From: Candidatus Omnitrophota bacterium
Lineage (GTDB): Bacteria; Omnitrophota; Gorgyraeia; Gygaellales; Profunditerraquicolaceae
Direction of reading: 5' to 3'
NCBI GenBank assembly: GCA_043823435.1
Contig: JBDRAV010000002.1
Location: forward strand, 1-59,754
DNA length: 59,754 bases
In this document: positions 16,975 through 25,384 of the stretch, one piece after another
How the letters are laid out: each line of letters begins with the position of its first letter
How positions within the stretch are numbered: position 1 is the first letter of the stretch
The notes under the pieces: model-generated
What the model saw: only the letters and a program-made list of their open reading frames with translations
Told to the model about the DNA's origin: nothing
Databases searched by the model: none
Translations under genes and position numbers: made by a program

Positions 16975-17328
16975 ATGAAAAAAGAACTTATTGTAGTAGG
17001 GGACAGGGTGCTGATTGCGGCCGACACGGGTGAAGACCGTACCGATACCGGGTTATATCTTCCGCAGGGAGTAAAGGAAAAGGAGAAAGTCCATGGCGGG
17101 ATCATAGTGAAGACCGGCCCGGGCTATCCTATACCCGATCCCGGCTCCATGGAGATAGAGCCATGGCAGACCCCAAAATTCGATAACCATTATTTCCCGC
17201 TGCAGGCGCAGGAAGGGGATTATTGTATTTTCTTAAGAAGCTCCGGAGTCGAGATAGAATTCGAAAATAAGAAATATATTATTGTGCCGCATTCAGCGAT
17301 ACTTGTTCTTTTAAGGGAAGGCGCCTGA
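16975..17328 (+). CDS. GroES/Cpn10-family protein (no groEL adjacent)
   Basis: VGDRVLI, TDTGLYLP, IVKTGPG, EIEFENKKYIIV. Confidence 0.8.
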   Translation: MKKELIVVGDRVLIAADTGEDRTDTGLYLPQGVKEKEKVHGGIIVKTGPGYPIPDPGSMEIEPWQTPKFDNHYFPLQAQEGDYCIFLRSSGVEIEFENKKYIIVPHSAILVLLREGA

Positions 17329-17597
17329 TGCGCAGCGATAAATACCTTAAGTCATTTGTGTTTTTAAGCGGCAGCGGATGCCTGTTGCCGGCGTTTATAA
17401 TATTTAATCTTTTATTCGGATGGATTTTCTTGAGCCCTGTGCACTGGATGATTACGGAAGGGGTATTAATTTTATTTTTTGTAATCAAAGGCTTAATTGT
17501 GACGCGCAGGGTGGTCTCATCCGTTTCGCGGCGCGATGACGCGATAGACGTAGAAGCAAAAGTTTTGGATGAAAAAGACAAGCCGGGCAGCGGATAA
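17328..17597 (+). CDS. Small membrane protein
   Basis: Two TM segments; C-terminal DAIDVEAKV; coupled to the upstream gene (TGATG). Confidence 0.65.
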   Translation: MRSDKYLKSFVFLSGSGCLLPAFIIFNLLFGWIFLSPVHWMITEGVLILFFVIKGLIVTRRVVSSVSRRDDAIDVEAKVLDEKDKPGSG

Positions 17598-17689
17598 CCT
17601 TTTTGTTTGACTTTTTGCGCACTTATGTTAGCATAACCTTTTGTTTAAGGCTGTACCATTGATAATAACTTAAAGGGGGGAATGTTTAA

Positions 17690-19855
17690 ATGTCAGCTGT
17701 TAATTTTTTGTGGTTAGCGCCCCTGGGTTCAGTAATAGCGCTTTTATTCGCCTGGTACCTCGCGGCTTCCATTATGAGAAAAGACGAAGGCAATGAGAAG
17801 ATGCGCGAGATCGCCCAGGCAGTCAGGGTCGGGGCAAGGGCATATTTAAAGAGACAGTATATAGGGGTATCTATATTTTTCCTGGCGGTATTCTGTATCC
17901 TTATGGTTTTGGTCATGAATAAATACCTGGTTATCTTTGTACCGTTTGCATTCCTTACCGGAGGCTTATTCTCGGGGTTATCCGGTTTTATCGGCATGAG
18001 TATTGCTACCCAGGCATCAGCGCGCACCACCAATGAAGCGATAAAGGGTTTGAATTGCGGATTAAGGGTGGCGTTTTACAGCGGCGCAGTCATGGGCATG
18101 GTGGTTGTAGGATTAGGGCTCCTGGATTTATCCATCTGGTATTTTTTTCTTAATGCTTATTATGGAAGTTACAGCGTTCCGGCGTGGATGCCTCAATGGT
18201 TATCTGTACACCTGGCGTGGGCTTTTGTGGCGCACCCATTACCCATAGGAACGGATAAGATCACTGCTATTACCTCCACGATGCTTTGTTTTGGCATGGG
18301 GGCGAGTTCACAGGCATTATTTGCGCGTGTGGGTGGAGGTATTTTTACCAAGGCAGCTGATGTGGGAGCGGATTTAGTTGGTAAAGTGGAGGCAGGGATT
18401 CCCGAGGATGACCCGCGCAACCCCGCGGTTATTGCGGATAACGTCGGAGATAATGTCGGTGATGTGGCTGGCATGGGCGCAGACCTCTATGAGTCTTATG
18501 TGGGTTCGATTGTGGCCACTGCGGCGCTGGGTGTGGCTGCGGGTTTAGGGGTTTCAGGAGTGACAGTACCTATGGTAATGGCTGCTGTGGGTGTGATTGC
18601 TTCTATTATCGGAACATTCTTTGTCAGGTGCAAGGAAGAATCAACACAGAAGATATTATTAGTGGCATTAAGAAAGGGTATATTTGTCAGCGCGATACTG
18701 GTTGCGACAATATCTTATTTCCTCGTGAAGTATACCCTGGGCATGGAGCATATAGGAGTTTACTGGTCGGTCCTCTCTGGTTTAATCGCGGGCGTATTGA
18801 TAGGTTTATCTACCGAATATTTTACCTCAAGCCATTTCAAACCCACGCGTTCAATAGCCGAAGCATCTTTAACGGGCCCTGCAACCGTAATCATAGGAGG
18901 TATCTCCGTAGGCATGATGTCAACGGCGATACCGGTAATTGTAATAGGTATTGCAATATTATCGAGCTATTTTCTCTCAGGTGGGGCTACTAATCCTAAC
19001 GCCGGGCTTTACGGGGTGGGGATTGCTGCGGTAGGAATGCTTTCCACTCTTGGCATAACCTTGGCTACTGATGCCTATGGCCCGGTTGCGGATAATGCCG
19101 GAGGCAATGCGCAGATGGCAGGCCTTAACCCCGAGGTCAGGAAGAGAACGGATGCCCTGGATTCGCTGGGCAATACTACTGCGGCGACAGGCAAAGGTTT
19201 TGCTATCGGTTCAGCGGCTTTGACTGCATTAGCTTTGATTGCCGCGTATCGCGACCAGGTGTTTCTGTACGGAAAAAGTCTGACCTTGAATTTAATGGAC
19301 CCTAATGTGTTGGTAGGGTTGTTTATCGGAGGGATGTTGCCTTTCGTATTCTGTTCCATGACTATGAGCGCGGTAGGCAGGGCAGCAGGTAAAATCGTAG
19401 TAGAGGTGCGCAGGCAGTTTAAGGAGATATTGGGCCTTATGGAAGGCAAGGCCAAACCTGATTATGCCCGTTGCGTGATTATAGCTACTTGTGCCGCGCA
19501 AAAAGAGATGATCATTCCCTCATTGATGGCGATAATCGCGCCTATTGCAGTAGGGCTTCTTGTGGGGGTAGAAGCTGTAGCAGGCCTTCTGATCGGCGCA
19601 ACGGTAACCGGATTCGTCCTGGCGGTAATGATGGCGAATTCCGGAGGCGCCTGGGATAACGCGAAAAAATATATAGAAGAAGGCCATTACGGCGGGAAAG
19701 GTTCTCCTGCCCACAAAGCAGGGGTTGTCGGTGATACCGTCGGAGACCCTTTTAAAGATACGTCCGGGCCAAGTCTTAACATTCTCATTAAACTTATGTC
19801 TATGGTTTCAATTGTTTTTGCCTCTTTCGTCATCTCAAACTCCCTCTTCAAATAA
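17690..19855 (+). CDS. hppA: Membrane-integral pyrophosphatase, K+-dependent, Na+ or Na+,H+-translocating type
   Basis: [29 protein letters not shown] (Ala, K+-dependent type), [21 protein letters not shown]. Confidence 0.95.
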   Translation: MSAVNFLWLAPLGSVIALLFAWYLAASIMRKDEGNEKMREIAQAVRVGARAYLKRQYIGVSIFFLAVFCILMVLVMNKYLVIFVPFAFLTGGLFSGLSGFIGMSIATQASARTTNEAIKGLNCGLRVAFYSGAVMGMVVVGLGLLDLSIWYFFLNAYYGSYSVPAWMPQWLSVHLAWAFVAHPLPIGTDKITAITSTMLCFGMGASSQALFARVGGGIFTKAADVGADLVGKVEAGIPEDDPRNPAVIADNVGDNVGDVAGMGADLYESYVGSIVATAALGVAAGLGVSGVTVPMVMAAVGVIASIIGTFFVRCKEESTQKILLVALRKGIFVSAILVATISYFLVKYTLGMEHIGVYWSVLSGLIAGVLIGLSTEYFTSSHFKPTRSIAEASLTGPATVIIGGISVGMMSTAIPVIVIGIAILSSYFLSGGATNPNAGLYGVGIAAVGMLSTLGITLATDAYGPVADNAGGNAQMAGLNPEVRKRTDALDSLGNTTAATGKGFAIGSAALTALALIAAYRDQVFLYGKSLTLNLMDPNVLVGLFIGGMLPFVFCSMTMSAVGRAAGKIVVEVRRQFKEILGLMEGKAKPDYARCVIIATCAAQKEMIIPSLMAIIAPIAVGLLVGVEAVAGLLIGATVTGFVLAVMMANSGGAWDNAKKYIEEGHYGGKGSPAHKAGVVGDTVGDPFKDTSGPSLNILIKLMSMVSIVFASFVISNSLFK

Positions 19856-19856
19856 T

Positions 19857-19915
19857 AGGGACACTTCTTAACCCAATCGAGGGACACTTCTTCAGCCAAT
19901 CGGAGAAGTGTCCCT
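19857..19915. repeat. REP-like palindromic cluster (GGGACACTTCT family), left flank of RAYT
   Basis: AGGGACACTTCTT at 19857 and 19880; AGAAGTGTCCCT at 19904. Confidence 0.85.
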
Positions 19916-19955
19916 TTTAATTAATGGGGAATCAGTTAAAGAATAAGCGATAATA

Positions 19956-20438
19956 TTATATTTCTAGTATGGGATCTAAAAGGCCTGATCCCCTATTTAA
20001 CGTCCTGGATTTCCAACTACTCCATTCGTATCCAAGTGGCGATGAGGTCAAATCCGCTCTAACTGGATTATATTCGATGTAGTTTAGGCAATCTACAAGA
20101 TACTGATCTTTTTGGATAATCATATTCTTAAATCTTCCCTGCCAAAGGTGGCCAACCTTATTATATTTCTTATTGAACCAAATTGTATATGTCAGATCGA
20201 TACCTTGCATAAGCTTTCCTAGATCGTTTATTTTCTTAACTTCAATAATTAGATGGATGTGATTAGGCATCAGACAATAGGCGTATAGCTTGAAGTGGTA
20301 TTTTCTTTTATAATGGACCAGGATTTCCAGATATTTGTTAAAGTCCACATCTTCTAAAAAGATTTTTTGTTTTTGATTACCCCGTTGAATAATATGGTAA
20401 CACACATTTGGTATTATTAATCTAGGGCCCCTAGTCAT
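19956..20438 (-). mobile_element. REP-associated tyrosine transposase (RAYT, Y1 HUH family), apparently intact
   Basis: YHIIQRGN, YCLMPNHIHL (HUH), GHLWQGRF, YIEYNPVRA, YEWSSW; ATG 20438 with GGAGG RBS; flanked by REP-like palindromes. Confidence 0.9.
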
Positions 20439-20455
20439 ATTTATCACCTCCTCTA

Positions 20456-20485
20456 TAATAGACGAAGCAAAAGGGAGTTTCTAAC
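20456..20485 (-). promoter_or_regulatory. Putative ECF-sigma promoter driving RAYT
   Basis: Minus strand GTTAGAAAC-N12-CGTCTATTA; same motif and spacing as at 21234 and 25334. Confidence 0.65.
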
Positions 20486-20502
20486 ATAAAATTTTATATT
20501 AA

Positions 20503-20561
20503 GGGGACACTTCTCGCTTTGACCGAAGAAGTGTCCCTTGATTGTCAGGAGAAGTGTCCCT
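20503..20561. repeat. REP-like palindromic cluster, right flank of RAYT
   Basis: GGGGACACTTCT at 20503; AGAAGTGTCCCT at 20527 and 20550. Confidence 0.85.
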
Positions 20562-20607
20562 AAAAAAGATTTATAATTAGGTTAGTTGGTGCTATAATAC
20601 GGCTATT

Positions 20608-21219
20608 ATGGATGACTTGGGGTTTGTCCATAGATGCGTTAAAGGGGACAAGCAGGCGTGGGATGAACTTGTAGAAAGATATTCTTCTTTAATATATAAT
20701 TACATCCATAGCGTATTGAAGATAAAAGGTCGTATCTTCTCGCAGGAAAATGTCAACGACCTCTTCCAAGAGATCTTCCTTTCTTTAGCCAAAGATAATT
20801 TTAAGAAATTGAGCACCTTTAGGGCCAGGAACGGTTGTAGCCTTGCAAGTTGGCTAAGGCAGGTTACTATAAATTTTACCATTGGTTATATCCGTAAAAT
20901 CAAGCCTGTGCTTTCATTGGATGAAGAGATAGGTGATGATTTTAGCATGGCAGATATACTTGCATCTGATTTGCCGTCCGCAGCTGATGATCTGGATCGG
21001 GAAGAAAAGATTATACACCTGAGGGGTTGTATCGATAGATTAAACACTGACGATAAATATTTTCTTGAGTTGTATCTTTATAAAGGGATTGGACTTGAGG
21101 AATTAAAAGTTTTCTTTAAGGTTTCGCGCGCAGCGGTTGATATGCGTAAGAGCAGGATTGTTGAGCGGTTAAGAGAGTGCTTCAAGGATAAAGGTTTTAT
21201 CTTGTCCGATAAGAAATAA
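20608..21219 (+). CDS. ECF (group 4) RNA polymerase sigma factor
   Basis: GDKQAWDELVERY, NDLFQEIFL, SLASWLRQV (region 2), AVDMRKSRIVERLR (region 4); TGcTATAAT extended -10 at 20590-20598. Confidence 0.9.
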   Translation: MDDLGFVHRCVKGDKQAWDELVERYSSLIYNYIHSVLKIKGRIFSQENVNDLFQEIFLSLAKDNFKKLSTFRARNGCSLASWLRQVTINFTIGYIRKIKPVLSLDEEIGDDFSMADILASDLPSAADDLDREEKIIHLRGCIDRLNTDDKYFLELYLYKGIGLEELKVFFKVSRAAVDMRKSRIVERLRECFKDKGFILSDKK

Positions 21220-21233
21220 ATCCGATTTATGGA

Positions 21234-21263
21234 GTTAGATTTCATACATTTTTACGTCTATTA
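21234..21263 (+). promoter_or_regulatory. Putative ECF-sigma promoter of the anti-sigma/CHAT operon
   Basis: GTTAGATTT-N12-CGTCTATTA; ATG begins 22 nt after the motif end. Confidence 0.7.
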
Positions 21264-21284
21264 TAACAGGAAGGAAATGTTGAT

Positions 21285-21989
21285 ATGCCTGATACATTAG
21301 AGCGGTTAATAAGGATAGTTTATAAAAAGTGGAAACAGGCTCATCGATTAACGCAGGAGTCGCATCCAGATGAAGAAGCATGGGTTTGTTTTTTTGATGG
21401 TAGGCTGTCGGCGCAAGAAGATGAGCGCATAAAGGAGCATTTAATAAGTTGCGAATTTTGTTCAGAGATTGTTGCTGCTGTAGCCAGATCGGAGCCGGTT
21501 CCCGTAAAAACTTTGCCTAAAGATTTAGCAGAGCGCGCGAAGGATTTAGTGGTATCGCAGGAGAGATTTTCTGTCGCAGAAATAATCATTCTACTTAAAG
21601 AAAAGATGCTGGAGATATTGTCTATTACCGGGGATGTGCTGGTCGGGGAGGAATTTGTGCCTGCACCGGTATTGCGTAGCCGCAAGATAAAAGAATTTAA
21701 AGACGAGATCACTATTTTAAAAGATTTCAAAGATATAAGAGTCGAGGTAAAAATACAAAATAAGCTTGGCCAATCCTTTGATCTGTTTGTCTTTGTGAAA
21801 GATAAACAGAGCCACCGTATAATTAAAGACTTAAGAATTACTCTTCTTAAGGGGGACTTAGAACTCGAATCCTATCTTACCGCTTCCGATAAGGTAATCT
21901 TTGAGCATGTGCTGGCAGGAAAATATACCGTTGAGATATCAAATGCCGATAATAAAATTGCCTCGGTATTGCTTGATATCAGAAAATAG
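21285..21989 (+). CDS. Zinc-finger (ZAS) anti-sigma factor, apparently soluble, with a C-terminal beta-rich domain
   Basis: HPDEE...GRLSAQEDERIKEHLISCEFC (HxxxCxxC); no clean TM helix. Confidence 0.8.
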   Translation: MPDTLERLIRIVYKKWKQAHRLTQESHPDEEAWVCFFDGRLSAQEDERIKEHLISCEFCSEIVAAVARSEPVPVKTLPKDLAERAKDLVVSQERFSVAEIIILLKEKMLEILSITGDVLVGEEFVPAPVLRSRKIKEFKDEITILKDFKDIRVEVKIQNKLGQSFDLFVFVKDKQSHRIIKDLRITLLKGDLELESYLTASDKVIFEHVLAGKYTVEISNADNKIASVLLDIRK

Positions 21990-21995
21990 TAGCGC

Positions 21996-24197
21996 ATGGA
22001 AGAGCGTAATGCCCTGATTTTAGAGATTCTAAGGCATGACACCACGTTTAGAATGAGCATTTCTGAACGGAATGATCTTGTCCAGACCGTAAAACACTAT
22101 AGTCAACTCAGCGTATCATTTGCGGAAATAAATAAGTTATGCCGGGAAACAATAGAGATACTTAATAGGGCAAGCAAGAAATCCGCTTTAACCCTCGACC
22201 ATATAAATAATCTTAAAAAAACAGGCCAGATACTCTGGGATCATCTGTTTACCAGGTCGGTAAAAGACAGGTTGACTACGACCATAATTAAAGAGCTGGT
22301 TCTTTCCATAGATGAGGAGTTAATTAATATCCCCTGGGAACTCTTGTATAATGGCAATGAGTTCATGTGTCTTAAATTCAATTTGGGGCGGTTGGTCAGG
22401 ACTAAAGAACAGGTTGCCCCAAGGCAATACCGCAGCTTAAAGGCTACCCTTAAGATGTTGATATTGGCTAACCCGAATAATGACCTAAGATCAGCTTACC
22501 TTGAAGGTGTGTATATAAAGAATCAGTTTGACCGTAGAAGGAACGAGATCGGCATCGATTTCAAATCTACCCATATTGATACGCTGTATGTAAAAAAGAA
22601 TCTGCGGGATTATGATATCGTGCATTTTGCCGGTCACTGCGAATATGATAGTAATAATCCGAAGAATACGGGATGGGTTTTAAGCGATGGAAGATTTACT
22701 ACGGCGGATATTCTGGCTTTAGGCGAAAGCCTTTCTTTCCCGGCCTTGATATTTTCTAACGCATGCCACTCCGCCAAGGCCGTAACCGAAATAGAAGATT
22801 TGGATTACCACGAGAAGAATTATAGCCTTGCATCAGCATTTTTGTTTTCAGGAGTAAGGCATTATATCGGCACTATATGGAAGGTAGAAGACCCGGTGAG
22901 CTTAGCCTTTGCCAGGGAATTCTATACGCATTTGATTAAAGGCAATTCCGTGGGCGAATGCATGCGTCTTTCGCGCCTGAAATTAATTAAAGAATATGGC
23001 ATCGGCACTATATCGTGGGCGAGTTACATCCTTTACGGAAACCCGGATTTTGCATTGTTCAGGCCTAAGCCTCACCCAGCGCCATTAAAATTTAAAAAGG
23101 GTGTTTCTTTATACAAAAAACAGATAGTAAGAGTCCTTTTGGCGGCTTTTGCCTTCTCTATAATTTTGTTTTTTTATACATGGCTGCCTACCAGGAATCC
23201 TACTACCTTGTTTTCTTTTATCAAGTCCAAGAAACTATTCCTAAAGGGGAATAATCAGGAAGTTATACTGATTTGTAGCCGAATCATAGAAAGGGAACCG
23301 TCGTTTCTGGCGGCCTATCCGTTAATAGCGGATACGCATGAAAGGATAGGCGATAGAGATAAGGCGTTAAAATATTATTTTGATTACGCCTTCGCCAGCG
23401 AAAAGAAGCACGATAAAAAACACCTGTCTTCTGCTTATATCGGGATTGCGTGGTCTTATCATCAGCAAGGAGAATATCCTAAGGCCTTAGATTTCTACAA
23501 CAAGGCAGCCGCATTAAGCAGGGAAGCCCGCGACAAGCTGAACGAAGCGGTTGCTCTCAGGAAATTGGCGGTCTGGCATATGGACAAAGAAGATTATGAT
23601 AAGGCGCTAGAATTACTCACAAAAAGTTCCGAGATCAACCGTGAAAGAGGGCGGCAGTATGAACATAAATACAATCTGGCCTGCGATTATTTTGATATGG
23701 GCCTAGTTTTTTCCAATAAGGACGATTTTACTACAGCCAAGGAGTTCTATAATAAGAGCCGCATCATTTTTGAGAAATTAAACCTAAAGAACGAATTAAG
23801 CGATTGCTATTTTAACCTTGGTGAGATATGCATTTTTCAGAAAGAATATCAGAAGGCCATGGATTATTATATGCAGGGGTTGAAGATAGATGAATCGCAG
23901 GACGATAAGCCGAGCCTGGCAAGTGATTATAATATGATAGGAGAATTATATCTGGAGATAAATGATCTCCAGCAGGCCGAGAAATTCTTTAACCACTCGG
24001 TTATTATTTCCAAACAGATAAATGCCCGTCCGGAATTAGCATCGGCGTGCTATAATCTAGGGATTCTGTATAAAAATAATGGCAGAAAGAGCAAAGCGCG
24101 GGATTATCTCAGGCAAGCTCAGGAGATATACCGTATGATGGATACTTCGGATTACCTGGAAATCAGAGAAGAGCTTATAAGCCTTGATAACCAATAG
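21996..24197 (+). CDS. CHAT (caspase-like) protease with a TM helix and TPR repeats
   Basis: IPWELL, IVHFAGH (His), IFSNAC (Cys), YIGTIWKV, WASYILYGNP; TM IVRVLLAAFAFSIILFFYTWL; about 8 TPR-like repeats. Confidence 0.88.
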   Translation: MEERNALILEILRHDTTFRMSISERNDLVQTVKHYSQLSVSFAEINKLCRETIEILNRASKKSALTLDHINNLKKTGQILWDHLFTRSVKDRLTTTIIKELVLSIDEELINIPWELLYNGNEFMCLKFNLGRLVRTKEQVAPRQYRSLKATLKMLILANPNNDLRSAYLEGVYIKNQFDRRRNEIGIDFKSTHIDTLYVKKNLRDYDIVHFAGHCEYDSNNPKNTGWVLSDGRFTTADILALGESLSFPALIFSNACHSAKAVTEIEDLDYHEKNYSLASAFLFSGVRHYIGTIWKVEDPVSLAFAREFYTHLIKGNSVGECMRLSRLKLIKEYGIGTISWASYILYGNPDFALFRPKPHPAPLKFKKGVSLYKKQIVRVLLAAFAFSIILFFYTWLPTRNPTTLFSFIKSKKLFLKGNNQEVILICSRIIEREPSFLAAYPLIADTHERIGDRDKALKYYFDYAFASEKKHDKKHLSSAYIGIAWSYHQQGEYPKALDFYNKAAALSREARDKLNEAVALRKLAVWHMDKEDYDKALELLTKSSEINRERGRQYEHKYNLACDYFDMGLVFSNKDDFTTAKEFYNKSRIIFEKLNLKNELSDCYFNLGEICIFQKEYQKAMDYYMQGLKIDESQDDKPSLASDYNMIGELYLEINDLQQAEKFFNHSVIISKQINARPELASACYNLGILYKNNGRKSKARDYLRQAQEIYRMMDTSDYLEIREELISLDNQ

Positions 24198-24206
24198 GAG
24201 ACCTTT

Positions 24207-24770
24207 ATGAGAATATTGTCGGTTCTGGCAATAATATTATTCTTACTAAATGTTGCAGGTTGTTCTATGCCGATAGCATCTACCCGAGGGTCTTTATACG
24301 GTTTTACCAGGGTAGAGAAGAGGTCCAAAGGTATGTTTAAAGGCAGCAAAACCGTAACTATCCAAGATTTCCGTCAGAACGAGGCATACGATGAAGACAT
24401 AACAGACCTTAAGCAAAGGGTGGATGAATATATTTTACGTCATCCGGAATTAAGCGAATCAGTTAAGAAAGATTTACGGGAAATAAAAGTAACTCATGGG
24501 GCAACCAGCGATGAGGCTATTCTATTATTAGGTAAGCCTGATAAGGTGATGAGGGCATCGGGAGAAGGCCGGTACGGTGCCACGGAGATATGGATTTACA
24601 GGATAAGCAAGTTACGGTTCTTCACTGTATTTATTTTTCCAGTATTTCCTGTCCATGAAGGGCATTACTTGTATTTTAAAGACGGCGTGCTGGTAGAAAT
24701 AGAGCATCGTTCTCTTGAGCAGACTGTCAAGCAGGGGCAGGGGGCGGGGCTTACCGAATCCAAATCTTAG
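24207..24770 (+). CDS. Lipoprotein with a BamE/SmpA-like motif
   Basis: Lipobox VAGC; GATSDEAILLLGKPDKV...EIWIY. Confidence 0.65.
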   Translation: MRILSVLAIILFLLNVAGCSMPIASTRGSLYGFTRVEKRSKGMFKGSKTVTIQDFRQNEAYDEDITDLKQRVDEYILRHPELSESVKKDLREIKVTHGATSDEAILLLGKPDKVMRASGEGRYGATEIWIYRISKLRFFTVFIFPVFPVHEGHYLYFKDGVLVEIEHRSLEQTVKQGQGAGLTESKS

Positions 24771-24863
24771 GAGGGAATCCGATATTTTTATTGAAAAAAA
24801 TAATAAAATATGTAGAATCTTAACTAACGCCACGCAGATGGTATTATAGGGCTGGAAAGATAT

Positions 24864-25280
24864 ATGAAAAGAGCCGTAATTATTTACTTACTCTTGTTTA
24901 TGGGGATATCGGCGGGATACGTTTATGCCCAGAAATCCCAAGAATATAACGCTTCCGGGGGTACCCTTGAAGTAGAGGCAGGAAATATTTTTGTAATCGA
25001 GCTTAAATCTAATCAGGTTATAGGTTTAAAATGGCGGCTCGCCAGTCCGCTTGATACAGACATACTTAAGCTTGTAAGCGTAGAGTTCGTAAGGAGTACA
25101 GCTAGAATAATAGGCATTCCGGGTAAAGAAACATGGACCTTTAAAGCCCTTAAGCCGGGTGAGGTAACGATTTATTTAAAGTATAGCCGTTCCCCGTCGA
25201 CAAAAGTCGCCTCGGAAGAAGAGAAGGTCTACATAGTTACCGTTACAGAACCTTCCAAGCAGAAGAAACAGTCTGAATAA
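24864..25280 (+). CDS. Secreted chagasin/I42-family protease-inhibitor-like protein
   Basis: Signal peptide; FVIELKSN..GLKW, GIPGKETWTFKALKPGEVTIYLKYSR; own sigma70-like promoter TTGAAA-16-TAGAAT at 24791-24818. Confidence 0.75.
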   Translation: MKRAVIIYLLLFMGISAGYVYAQKSQEYNASGGTLEVEAGNIFVIELKSNQVIGLKWRLASPLDTDILKLVSVEFVRSTARIIGIPGKETWTFKALKPGEVTIYLKYSRSPSTKVASEEEKVYIVTVTEPSKQKKQSE

Positions 25281-25333
25281 TACGATTCCGCCCGCACCCT
25301 ATCCGCAATAAATCATTTTGGTTAAAAATTCCT

Positions 25334-25363
25334 GTTAGATTTTCTCGACCTCTTCGTCTATTA
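25334..25363 (+). promoter_or_regulatory. Putative ECF-sigma promoter of the beta-propeller gene
   Basis: GTTAGATTT-N12-CGTCTATTA; ATG begins 22 nt after the motif end. Confidence 0.7.
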
Positions 25364-25384
25364 ATTCAGAAGGGGGGGCTTGAG

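Noticed and set aside
19956-20438. IS200/IS605 insertion sequence with TnpB
   Set aside because: No tnpB is adjacent; the GHLWQGRF/NPVRA/YxWSS motifs and flanking multi-copy palindromes fit a RAYT better
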